Translations under genes and position numbers: made by a program | Notes under the pieces: model-generated | What the model was told of the DNA's origin: nothing | The model's input: the letters and a program-made list of their open reading frames with translations, nothing else | Database searches by the model: none | Shown: piece by piece, positions 35,760-43,882 of the stretch | Numbering within the stretch: position 1 is the stretch's first letter | Layout: each line of letters begins with the position of its first letter | Origin: Acidobacteriota bacterium | GTDB taxonomy: Bacteria; Acidobacteriota; Polarisedimenticolia; J045 | DNA: 64,000 bases | Assembly: GCA_031395565.1 (NCBI GenBank) | Contig: JANNUT010000052.1 | Span: 17,882-81,881 of the forward strand | Direction: 5' to 3'

Positions 35760-35777
35760 ATGGGGCATAACCCTACC
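35760..35777 (-). promoter_or_regulatory. Island motif copy (minus strand GGTAGGGTTATGCCCCAT), oriented toward the 35678 operon; it also lies 83 bp upstream of the divergent M48 gene
   Basis: The plus strand reads ATGGGGCATAACCCTACC, 82 bp from the ATG at 35678. Confidence 0.5.
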
Positions 35778-35859
35778 GGGCGTCGCCGTGGGGCTATCAC
35801 CCCATCGCGCCTTTCGCGGCCGCGCCGCAATCTCGACGCTTCAGCGAGGAGATCAATCC

Positions 35860-37377
35860 ATGACTACCAAAGTGCTTCGAGTGGGCGCCAGAGCGAGCGT
35901 CATCGCGATGATCGCGGTGATCGCCGTCAGCGCTGTTTCGGCGCAAACGAAAATCAAACCAGGCTTCAATCTTTTCTCGACCGAGCAGGACGTGGAAATC
36001 GGGCGCCAGTCGGCCATTGAGGTCGAGCGTCAACTCCCGATCCTGCGAGATCGCTCCGCCAACGCGTACGTCACGGCGGTCGGCAAGCGCCTCGCGGCGA
36101 AAATGCCCGGCACAGGATTTACGTACCAGTTCAAGATCGTGAACACGTCAGACATCAATGCTTTTGCGCTACCCGGCGGCTTCATGTACCTCAACCGCGG
36201 GCTGATCGAAGCGGCAAAAAACGAAGGCCAATTGGCGGGGGTCATGGCACACGAAATGTCGCACGTGGCACTGCGGCATGGCACCAATCAGGCATCGAAG
36301 GCCTACATGGGACAAGCGGGGTTGGGAATCCTGGGCGGATTGATGGGCAAGGAGAAGGGCTCACCGAACAAGGTGATCAGTGCCGTTGGCGGGTTCGGAC
36401 TCAATGCGCTTTTCCTGAAGTTCAGTCGTACCGATGAAGAACAAGCAGACATCGTTGGTGCCCAAGCGATGGCTAAGGCGGGCTACAACCCGCAGGAGAT
36501 GGTCGACTTCTTCGAGACACTGAGAGCGGAACAATCGCATGATCCGAGTAAGCTAGAGCAGTACTTCAGCAGTCATCCGGCGCCCCAAGATCGTGCCGCT
36601 CGTATTCGCAAGGAAATGGCGATGTTGAGGATCCAACCTTCCGAACCGGTCGGTGGATTCAAACAAGCGAAAGCCACGCTCATGAGCAAGCCGGCAGCTC
36701 GGTCGATGCAGCAGATTGCCAAGAATCAGCCGGCCACTCCGCGGCCGCGGGAGTACCCGGAAAACGCCAGCAGCGAAGTCAATATCGAGGCGCCGTCGGC
36801 GACGTTCCGGACGTTCGAGCAGCGAAACAGAAACTTCACTATCGACTATCCGTCCAACTGGAACGCGACAGAGTCGGCAGATGGTCTGGGAATCACGCTT
36901 TCACCGCCTGGCGGAGTCGTGAGTTCTGGAAACGCTGAAGGCGATTTGATCTACGGTGTGGTGGTCAATCACTACGCACCGTTCCTGAACGAGGATGACA
37001 GCGGTAACGATCGGTTTTCTTTCATGGGATCGCCAAGCGAGCCCGGCGGCAGGGATCTCAGCCGCACCGATCTCGCCGAGGCGGTGAACGACCTGGTCGG
37101 ACAGATCGTTCGCACCAACCCCACGCTCAAGCTCGTTCCCGACTCGCAGCGCACCGAGACGATTGACGGTGGTGCCGCTCTCTCGCTTGTCTTGGCGGGG
37201 CGATCGGCGGTCACGAAGCGGGACGAACACGTCACGGTCTTCGCACGCGAGCTTTCTGATGACCACATCGTCTATGCGTTGTTTATTGCGCCAGGACAGA
37301 AGGACGCTCGACTTCGGGGAACGTTCGACCGCATGCTCAGCAGCTTGCGCGTGAACGACGAAGCAAGGCACCAATAG
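35860..37377 (+). CDS. Secreted M48-family zinc metallopeptidase
   Basis: Start at 35860 after a GAGGAG RBS, with a signal peptide. FALPGGFMYLNRG, HEMSHVALRHG, SRTDEEQADIVG. The C-terminal ~240 aa domain is of unknown function. Confidence 0.85.
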   Translation: MTTKVLRVGARASVIAMIAVIAVSAVSAQTKIKPGFNLFSTEQDVEIGRQSAIEVERQLPILRDRSANAYVTAVGKRLAAKMPGTGFTYQFKIVNTSDINAFALPGGFMYLNRGLIEAAKNEGQLAGVMAHEMSHVALRHGTNQASKAYMGQAGLGILGGLMGKEKGSPNKVISAVGGFGLNALFLKFSRTDEEQADIVGAQAMAKAGYNPQEMVDFFETLRAEQSHDPSKLEQYFSSHPAPQDRAARIRKEMAMLRIQPSEPVGGFKQAKATLMSKPAARSMQQIAKNQPATPRPREYPENASSEVNIEAPSATFRTFEQRNRNFTIDYPSNWNATESADGLGITLSPPGGVVSSGNAEGDLIYGVVVNHYAPFLNEDDSGNDRFSFMGSPSEPGGRDLSRTDLAEAVNDLVGQIVRTNPTLKLVPDSQRTETIDGGAALSLVLAGRSAVTKRDEHVTVFARELSDDHIVYALFIAPGQKDARLRGTFDRMLSSLRVNDEARHQ

Positions 37378-37560
37378 CAGGATCTAGCTGCTCATCGCTT
37401 CGAGTGCGAAGTCGTGTGCAGAGCGCGTACGGAAACGCTTGACTTGGTTGGGTCGCGAGGTGACAAGCCCACCACGCGACCCTACCGCAAGGAGTTCGCT
37501 ACTGCTTGACCTGCCGTCTCGATCATGTCGTGTTGTGCTCCAGTCATGGGAAAGCGGCAG

Positions 37561-38904
37561 CTAGAGACTCAGCAAGTACTGCGTCAGATCTCGCCGCTGT
37601 TGGTCATTCAGCCCCAGCTTCAACAGCGAGTTGTAATGATCGATGACGTGGTCGAGCGTGGCGAAACGGCCATCGTGATAAAAACCACCCTTCTGATGTG
37701 TCCACAACCCTGCCAACGGAGCGGTCCGGTAGGCGTGTGTGGGTGAGCGATCGGCTTGGAACGAGTCGACTCCCATCTCAGCGGGCGTGTGCAAATTCTG
37801 GCCCGGCTCAGTGAAGAGCGGCGGGACGTGACAACCGGCGCAACGCGCCTTGCCGGCGAAGAGCGATTTGCCACGAACGGCCGCGTCGGCGTCGTACGAC
37901 CCTGCGGGCGCTTTCGGCGCCGGCAACGCCAACTGATACGCGTGGAGTGCCGCCAACTTGGGAGTAACCAGGTCCGGCTCACCGCGCGTGTCCCACGATC
38001 CTGTCCTGGCGGCAACGGGGTACTGAGCACTATCACTCAGTCGAGCGTCGAGGAATGTTCCTGACCCATGCATCTCCGTCGTGGCGACGTACGCATTCCA
38101 ATACGCGACCGAACCGAAGCCCGTCCAGGTATGCAAGTTGATTCCGGCAAGCCCGAAGGCGGGAGGAATGAGGGTGCCCGCTTGCTTGCCATCGGGACGA
38201 AACGCCTTACCGTCCTTGTCTAGCACCGCATCGAATCGCCCAGGTCCCCAACTCGCCAGCACAGCTTTTACGGTGGCGATGTCGACCTGCAACGCATCGG
38301 CGATCGGTTGCAGGTTCGGCGCCAACGAGACGATCGCGCCGACGTTGAGGTCGCGATTGGCCCACCCATCGAGGCGGTGACCAATCCCTGGTGCCAGTGA
38401 GTCGTCCACGGTTGAATGACAGAACGCGCACTGCAGCCCTATCGACCTCAATCTGCCGTCTGGACTGAAACGGCCTGTGAGGCCGACGACTGCATCGAGT
38501 TTGAGCAAGGCGACAGTCGTGGCCGGGTCGTCGAGATCTACCTTTCCTGCGCGCAGTTGATTTTGAAGCTGTGAGGGGAGCGAGTCGACATCGATCTTCA
38601 AGCCGACCGACAGGGCGGTCTTCGGGCTCACCCCTAGACCTACCCCGCCGAGCTTTTCTCCCGCAATCGCTCGGTGTAGTTGTAAGCCGTCACCCCAATA
38701 CGCTTCGTTGCCAAAGGTGTCGTAGCGGAAGGTGCGCCGACCCTCCTCGAGCGTCGCCTTTCCATCGATCCGGAGATGATCACCGTCGATCAGCGCTAGC
38801 GTGCCGGGCCGGTCGCGAGCACCGAATGCGCCCTGTGTGAGAATCAGAAGTCCGGAAAAAAAAGCCGCAAGCAACCCGACTCCAAAGATGTGTCTCGTGT
38901 TCAT
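37561..38904 (-). CDS. Secreted di-haem c-type cytochrome (peroxidase-like)
   Basis: 447 aa with a signal peptide and two CxxCH motifs (CAFCH, CAGCH). The exact family was not resolved. Confidence 0.65.
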   Translation of the reverse strand: MNTRHIFGVGLLAAFFSGLLILTQGAFGARDRPGTLALIDGDHLRIDGKATLEEGRRTFRYDTFGNEAYWGDGLQLHRAIAGEKLGGVGLGVSPKTALSVGLKIDVDSLPSQLQNQLRAGKVDLDDPATTVALLKLDAVVGLTGRFSPDGRLRSIGLQCAFCHSTVDDSLAPGIGHRLDGWANRDLNVGAIVSLAPNLQPIADALQVDIATVKAVLASWGPGRFDAVLDKDGKAFRPDGKQAGTLIPPAFGLAGINLHTWTGFGSVAYWNAYVATTEMHGSGTFLDARLSDSAQYPVAARTGSWDTRGEPDLVTPKLAALHAYQLALPAPKAPAGSYDADAAVRGKSLFAGKARCAGCHVPPLFTEPGQNLHTPAEMGVDSFQADRSPTHAYRTAPLAGLWTHQKGGFYHDGRFATLDHVIDHYNSLLKLGLNDQQRRDLTQYLLSL

Positions 38905-38972
38905 GATTGATCCTCCGAGAGGACTACTGACTGAAGGACCAAAACACTAGAAGAAGGAAGTCTCCGAGTTCT

Positions 38973-38988
38973 ATAGGGTGAACACCGA
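38973..38988 (-). promoter_or_regulatory. Island motif copy (minus strand TCGGTGTTCACCCTAT), oriented toward the di-haem cytochrome gene
   Basis: 69 bp upstream of the ATG at 38904. Confidence 0.45.
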
Positions 38989-39247
38989 AGATCGACGCCG
39001 GCAATACCTCGTTTCGTCGCGATAGCTATTTTTGTGAGGCGGCTTCCGTCTTTCTCTCGCTTAGGCGCACGCGGCGCGGGGCAAGGACTGGGGTCAATAC
39101 GTTGTCCCAGGTAGTACAGCGGCCAGAACCTGGCAAAGCGTGATTGGCGGATGAGGTGCGAGCGAATCTTTGCCCAGACACCAAACTCATCAGCGCCGCG
39201 TCACCCGCCATAGTCTCGGAAACGACCTCTGGTTGGAGCCAGGCCCT

Positions 39248-41986
39248 TCAGTGCTTTCGCACCTGCAGCCACGTAACGAGCCCGACTGCCAAGCAGAAAC
39301 CGAGAACCACCGTCCACGTATCGCCCGATGCTGCCGGGAGAGTCGTTTCCATCTTTGGAGAGAGCGTGACGTCGCCATCGCCGATAACAATGAAACCAGC
39401 CCACGCAGCAGGCGGGATCCCTGCAGCGCTCAGCTCGCGTTGCGCTCCAGCAAGTGCGGCAGCCACGGTCGACCCATGCGCGAGACGACGGTAGAACTTC
39501 TCGACCAACGTGGCCGCCTCAGAGTCACGAACAGGCCAGATGGTACCGATCACCGCTCGTGCGCCGCTTCCGAGAAAACTCCGCGCCAGACTCAACGCAC
39601 CTTCGCCTCGCAACTCACGTCCGTCGGCGCTGCTGCAGGCGGAGATCACCACGAGCTTTCCATCGAGTTTCAGCTTGGCGATCTCACGCGGTTGCAACAG
39701 CCCGTCCTCGCGCGGATCGCCGGGCACTAGAAGAATGGCGGAACGAGACGCGTGCCCGACATTGACGATCGCATGCGTAGCGAAGTGGATTACCCCGTAC
39801 GGCGATAGGTCCAGTCGCTTGAAAGACGCTTCGCTGGCACGTGATGCGAACAACGCGCGGCTCACGCCGCCGACCGTGTCGACCATCGATTGCACTTCGT
39901 CGCGACTGCGTGGCAAGGCAAGCTGTTCGTCAGCGAATTCAGGCCCGCGCGTTGTGTCGCGACCTGCGCGATTGCGAGTCCAGGTCACGGCACCGAGTCC
40001 TAGCGCAGAATGCGAGAGTTGATGCGGCTGAGCCATCCGCAGTGAGAGCCAACTCGTGGCCGATGTGGCGAGGCTAATCTCGAAACGCTCGATCAACGGA
40101 CGGCCGGTCTGGGGATCGGGCAGTGCGGCCAGCGGAAGCCGCGCGACAGGCCCATCGGGAACGATCACGAGTTTGTGAATTGACCTGGGAAGCGCATCGA
40201 TCACGGGACGCAGCAGCCCTTCTTCGATCGCAGCACCCATCGCGGCTGGGACCTCGTCGCGGCGCTCGAGTGTCCCGAGGTAGAGCGAGAGGGTCGACCC
40301 TGCTTCGAATGCGGGGAGCGGCAAGATCTGGTCGCCGGCGATGGTGCTGACCATCGCCCAGCTTGCCGACACGGCTGCTGGCGGAAGTTGCAGCATCACG
40401 AGCGCTTCATCCGCCCCGAGTTGGCTGCGAACCTCGTCGAGCGTGGCGATTCGCGGGCGGCGCGCTCGAGCCCACGCGGGGTCGGCCTGCGCGATGCGGG
40501 CCGAGAGTTGTTGCTCGCGCACTTCGAGACGATCAAGACCCTGCAGCAGGAAATCCCGCTCCTCGTCCGCCAATCTCGAGTCGGCCAGTTGAGATTGAAT
40601 CGACACGATCTGTTGCACCACGAGCGCTAACGCAGTTTCGTCGGCGCTGGTCTTGGGTCGCTCTACTCCCGCGTCCAGCGCGTTGAGGGTGACGAGCGTG
40701 CGTGCTCGCAGCGCCTCCATCGTGGCGTAGGCACGGGGGATATCGGCCGGGGCTGAATCGAGCCCGACCTGTGAGGCAAGCCGATAGTAGTACTCGGCAG
40801 ATCTCGATACGATCCCTGCGCGTGATTCGGCCGAACTCTCGCGATCTCGCAGCGTTTCACGGATTTGGATCGCCCGCTCCAAGTTGACGATCGCTGCCGC
40901 GCGATCTCCCGCCCATTGGTGCAATCGTGCCATCGCCCCATGAAGTTCGGTGGGGTCGAGCACGTTCGCGGATCGCCGCTGGTCCCTCAGCAGTGATTCC
41001 ACCGATCGAATCGAGTTTGGAATCTGAGTCGGATCGACCTGTGCCAGCCCCAGGGCATAGCGCATTCGGGACAGCAGTCGGAACTCGACGCAACTCGCGC
41101 CCGTTGCGCGCTCGATACAGCGCTGGTTCCATTCGAGCGATTCGGGCGCCGCCGTCAAAGCTCCCAACTCGCACGCCGCCAAGATTTCGCCCGAGGGGAA
41201 ACCGATCGCGCGCGCTAAATCGTAGACTCGGCGCGTATGTGCTACGGCTTCGTCGGTCGTTACCAACCCTCCTTCGCTCATCAGGCGCATTACCGTCGCG
41301 ATACCGTCTTTGGTCTCCACGCGACAACGCTCATGGTCGCCACAGTTCTCGAGACGCTGAGCGAAGTACCCAAGTGCCTCCGGGTAGAGCTGCGACCTCA
41401 GAGCCGCATCGCCGGCCTCACGCAGCAACTTCGACCTCAAGGCGAGTGTGAGTGTGCTGAAGTATTCTGCCCGGACGGCGCCACGCATGAGGGTGAGCGC
41501 CTCCTCGAACCGACCGTCGAAGTCGAGTTGTCCGGCCTGGTTGTAACTCTGCCACGCGGTGAGGATCGGGTCGTCGGCAGCGGCGACGAGCGGTGCGGCT
41601 GCTTTCATCAGTCGCTGCACCTCGTCGACATTGCGATAGCGATTGGCGTCCCGCGCAAGGGCCAGCGCGGCGAATGCTTCACCCGCAGGTGAACCTGCAG
41701 CAGCGAACAGCTTCAACGCTCGTTTGAGCGGGTCTCGTCCGCGTGTCGGATCGAGCTCGATCAGCGTGGCGCCGAAGGTCGCGAGCAACCACGGGTTCTC
41801 CGGGTCGTTCTCGAGCCACCGCACGAGCTGTTGCTCGCGGCTGGCAGCCTCGGCCGGCGAGCGAGCGTTGCGGTAGCACTCGGCTTCAAGCGGACTTACA
41901 GGCGGAGCTTGCAACAGACGCTCGCACGGGTCTCCCGCCATTGCGTGCGCTACAAACAGCGCGAGAAGTGCGGCGGTCGATCTCAT
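39248..41986 (-). CDS. Exported TPR-repeat CHAT-domain protein with a C-terminal TM anchor
   Basis: Start moved to 41986 (MRSTAALLALFVAHAMA signal). Long TPR-like helical region. CHAT core ...GVIHFATHAIVN...LLVPGD...LVVISACSSADG. C-terminus WTVVLGFCLAVGLVTWLQVRKH. Confidence 0.85.
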   Translation of the reverse strand: MRSTAALLALFVAHAMAGDPCERLLQAPPVSPLEAECYRNARSPAEAASREQQLVRWLENDPENPWLLATFGATLIELDPTRGRDPLKRALKLFAAAGSPAGEAFAALALARDANRYRNVDEVQRLMKAAAPLVAAADDPILTAWQSYNQAGQLDFDGRFEEALTLMRGAVRAEYFSTLTLALRSKLLREAGDAALRSQLYPEALGYFAQRLENCGDHERCRVETKDGIATVMRLMSEGGLVTTDEAVAHTRRVYDLARAIGFPSGEILAACELGALTAAPESLEWNQRCIERATGASCVEFRLLSRMRYALGLAQVDPTQIPNSIRSVESLLRDQRRSANVLDPTELHGAMARLHQWAGDRAAAIVNLERAIQIRETLRDRESSAESRAGIVSRSAEYYYRLASQVGLDSAPADIPRAYATMEALRARTLVTLNALDAGVERPKTSADETALALVVQQIVSIQSQLADSRLADEERDFLLQGLDRLEVREQQLSARIAQADPAWARARRPRIATLDEVRSQLGADEALVMLQLPPAAVSASWAMVSTIAGDQILPLPAFEAGSTLSLYLGTLERRDEVPAAMGAAIEEGLLRPVIDALPRSIHKLVIVPDGPVARLPLAALPDPQTGRPLIERFEISLATSATSWLSLRMAQPHQLSHSALGLGAVTWTRNRAGRDTTRGPEFADEQLALPRSRDEVQSMVDTVGGVSRALFASRASEASFKRLDLSPYGVIHFATHAIVNVGHASRSAILLVPGDPREDGLLQPREIAKLKLDGKLVVISACSSADGRELRGEGALSLARSFLGSGARAVIGTIWPVRDSEAATLVEKFYRRLAHGSTVAAALAGAQRELSAAGIPPAAWAGFIVIGDGDVTLSPKMETTLPAASGDTWTVVLGFCLAVGLVTWLQVRKH

Positions 41987-41994
41987 CGCGATGG

Positions 41995-42636
41995 TCAATG
42001 CAGCGTCGTGAAGTAGGTCACGGTGCTGACCGCGCGACCATCGGGCAGCGTCGCGTGCACACGCCAGGCGACAGTGTCGTTCACCGCGACCGGTGCGAGC
42101 GCCTCGGGCGGCACGAGATACTCGGTCATCGTCAACGCCATCTGACGCGAAAGCAGTTTCAGATCGGTGGTGGCAACTTCGATGTCGTAGAGCGTGCCGC
42201 GCGGGCCCGGCGTCCAACGCAGCAAGAATCGATCGCGCGGCAATGCCGTCGCATCGCCGAGCGCGGACTGAATCTCCACCACTGTAGTGCGGAGTACGGG
42301 CGCTGGTTGTGGCTGATCACGCACGACGAGCCAAATCGCAGCGACCGTCACGATCGTGGCGGCAATCAGCGTGATTTGCGGCCACATGCGTCGTAGCGGC
42401 TGCACATTCGATGCGGATTGGCGCGTTGGATCGTGAAAGGCTGCCGCCAAGCGCCAGCTTCCCGCGCAATGCGCGCATGATGCGATGTGCCCGATGACAC
42501 GCAGCCGTTCTTCGGCCTGCGATTCCAACGTGACCGCGCGCCAGATCGACTCGGAATCGGGGCATTCGGGGGTTAAGACCTCGGCCCCGGCGCGAGCGCG
42601 CCATTGCGCGGCCAACGCGCGATCGTCGAGCGTCAT
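41995..42636 (-). CDS. ZAS-type (H-x3-C-x2-C) single-pass anti-sigma factor
   Basis: The ATG at 42636 overlaps the sigma gene stop (ATGA). HIASCAHC motif, one TM helix (ITLIAATIVTVAAIWLVV), and a beta-rich periplasmic domain of about 100 aa. Confidence 0.7.
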   Translation of the reverse strand: MTLDDRALAAQWRARAGAEVLTPECPDSESIWRAVTLESQAEERLRVIGHIASCAHCAGSWRLAAAFHDPTRQSASNVQPLRRMWPQITLIAATIVTVAAIWLVVRDQPQPAPVLRTTVVEIQSALGDATALPRDRFLLRWTPGPRGTLYDIEVATTDLKLLSRQMALTMTEYLVPPEALAPVAVNDTVAWRVHATLPDGRAVSTVTYFTTLH

Positions 42637-43160
42637 CGGCTCCACCCCTTTCCGGTGAGGCAGTCACGCAGATCCTGTAGGCCGCGATAGAGACTGCTTT
42701 CCAGTCGCTTGACGGCCCAGTTCAAGAGCGCCGCCGACTCGGGAGCGCTGTGTCCTTGAAGGAACAGCACCACCGCTGGCCGACGTGTTTCGCGCAGCCC
42801 TTTCACGCACTCGCCGATCGCCGCACCCAGTTCGGCGCTCTCCAGCTGCCGTTGCGGGTCGTGAATAGGCGCCGCTGCCGGTTCGGTGTTCGATTCCTGG
42901 TCATCGAGCGAGTCCTCGCGCCGGCTCCGGCGGCGCCGGAGCTCGTCGATGACGGCGTGATAGGCCGCCTTACGCCAATAAGACGATTGCCAGACCGGTT
43001 TCCCTTCAGCCTTTTCGAGCAGGCGAAGCAGCACTTCGTGCGCGATGTCTTCGGCTTGAGCCGAGATCACGGCGGGGCAGACGCCGCGCACGGTCCGAGC
43101 GATCTCTGCTCGCATGCTGGCGGAGTCTGGATCGGCTTGGCTGGTGAGAAGTGGATTCAT
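42633..43160 (-). CDS. ECF-type sigma-70 family factor
   Basis: 175 aa. Region 2 (AEDIAHEVLLRLL...YWRKAAYHAVIDELRRR) and region 4 (RRPAVVLFLQGHSAPESAALLNWAVKRLESSLYRGL). Confidence 0.85.
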   Translation of the reverse strand: MNPLLTSQADPDSASMRAEIARTVRGVCPAVISAQAEDIAHEVLLRLLEKAEGKPVWQSSYWRKAAYHAVIDELRRRRSRREDSLDDQESNTEPAAAPIHDPQRQLESAELGAAIGECVKGLRETRRPAVVLFLQGHSAPESAALLNWAVKRLESSLYRGLQDLRDCLTGKGWSR

Positions 43161-43231
43161 GGGGCTGCCGCCGCCGCAGTCTAAGCGGAGTGACAGCCGG
43201 GCGTATCGTGCTTTGTAGGTTGGATCTCTTG

Positions 43232-43882
43232 CTAAGAAAGCAGCCGCTCACGCAACGCCTTGGCGACCGCCTCGCTCTTGGAATGAACTTCGAGCTTTTC
43301 GTAGATCCGCCGGAGGTGAAACGAGACGGTATGGGGCGTGATTTCGAGTTCGGCGGCTGCCGTCTTATAGCTGTGCCCCTCGACGAGCAGCTTGAGGATT
43401 CGCTGCTCGTGAGGGGTCAACTCGTAGTCGGCGCGCGGTGGCGGGCGGAACTCTCGAAAGAGCGTCACCACCTTGCGCGCCACCTCGGGTGTCATGGGTG
43501 AGCCACCATCCTTGGCCTCGCGTAGCGCCTCGATCAGCCTCTCGGGAGGCGTGTTCTTCAACAAATAGCCGCAAGCCCCAGCGCACAGCGCTTCGAAAAT
43601 GCGCTCGTTGTCGTGATAAATCGTGAGCACCAACATCGGCAGTGATGGGAATCGCTGGCGCAATAGCCGAATTCCTTCGATGCCGCTCATGCCGGGCAAA
43701 CCGATGTCGATCAACGCCACATCGACCTCGGTTTGCCGTAACTGCGCGAGTGCTGCTTCCATCGATCCGTACGTACCGGCGCAGGCAAATCCTGGCTCGG
43801 AATCGAGTAGCGACTGCAGCAGTGAGCGCAGCTCGGGGCGGTCTTCGACGACGGCTACGCGGATCGGCACGGGATCGCTCAT
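43232..43882 (-). CDS. NarL/LuxR-family response regulator
   Basis: 216 aa. REC domain (IRVAVVEDRPELR...DVALIDIGLPGMSG) followed by a LuxR HTH (LTPHEQRILKLLVEGHSYKTAAAELEITPHTVSFHLRRIYEKL). Confidence 0.9.
   Translation of the reverse strand: MSDPVPIRVAVVEDRPELRSLLQSLLDSEPGFACAGTYGSMEAALAQLRQTEVDVALIDIGLPGMSGIEGIRLLRQRFPSLPMLVLTIYHDNERIFEALCAGACGYLLKNTPPERLIEALREAKDGGSPMTPEVARKVVTLFREFRPPPRADYELTPHEQRILKLLVEGHSYKTAAAELEITPHTVSFHLRRIYEKLEVHSKSEAVAKALRERLLS

Noticed and set aside
43161-43231. Autoregulated ECF promoter (GGAAC-N16-CGT type) upstream of the ECF sigma gene
   Set aside because: The 70-bp upstream region contains no convincing AAC...CGT pair at ECF spacing. It cannot be called from sequence alone.
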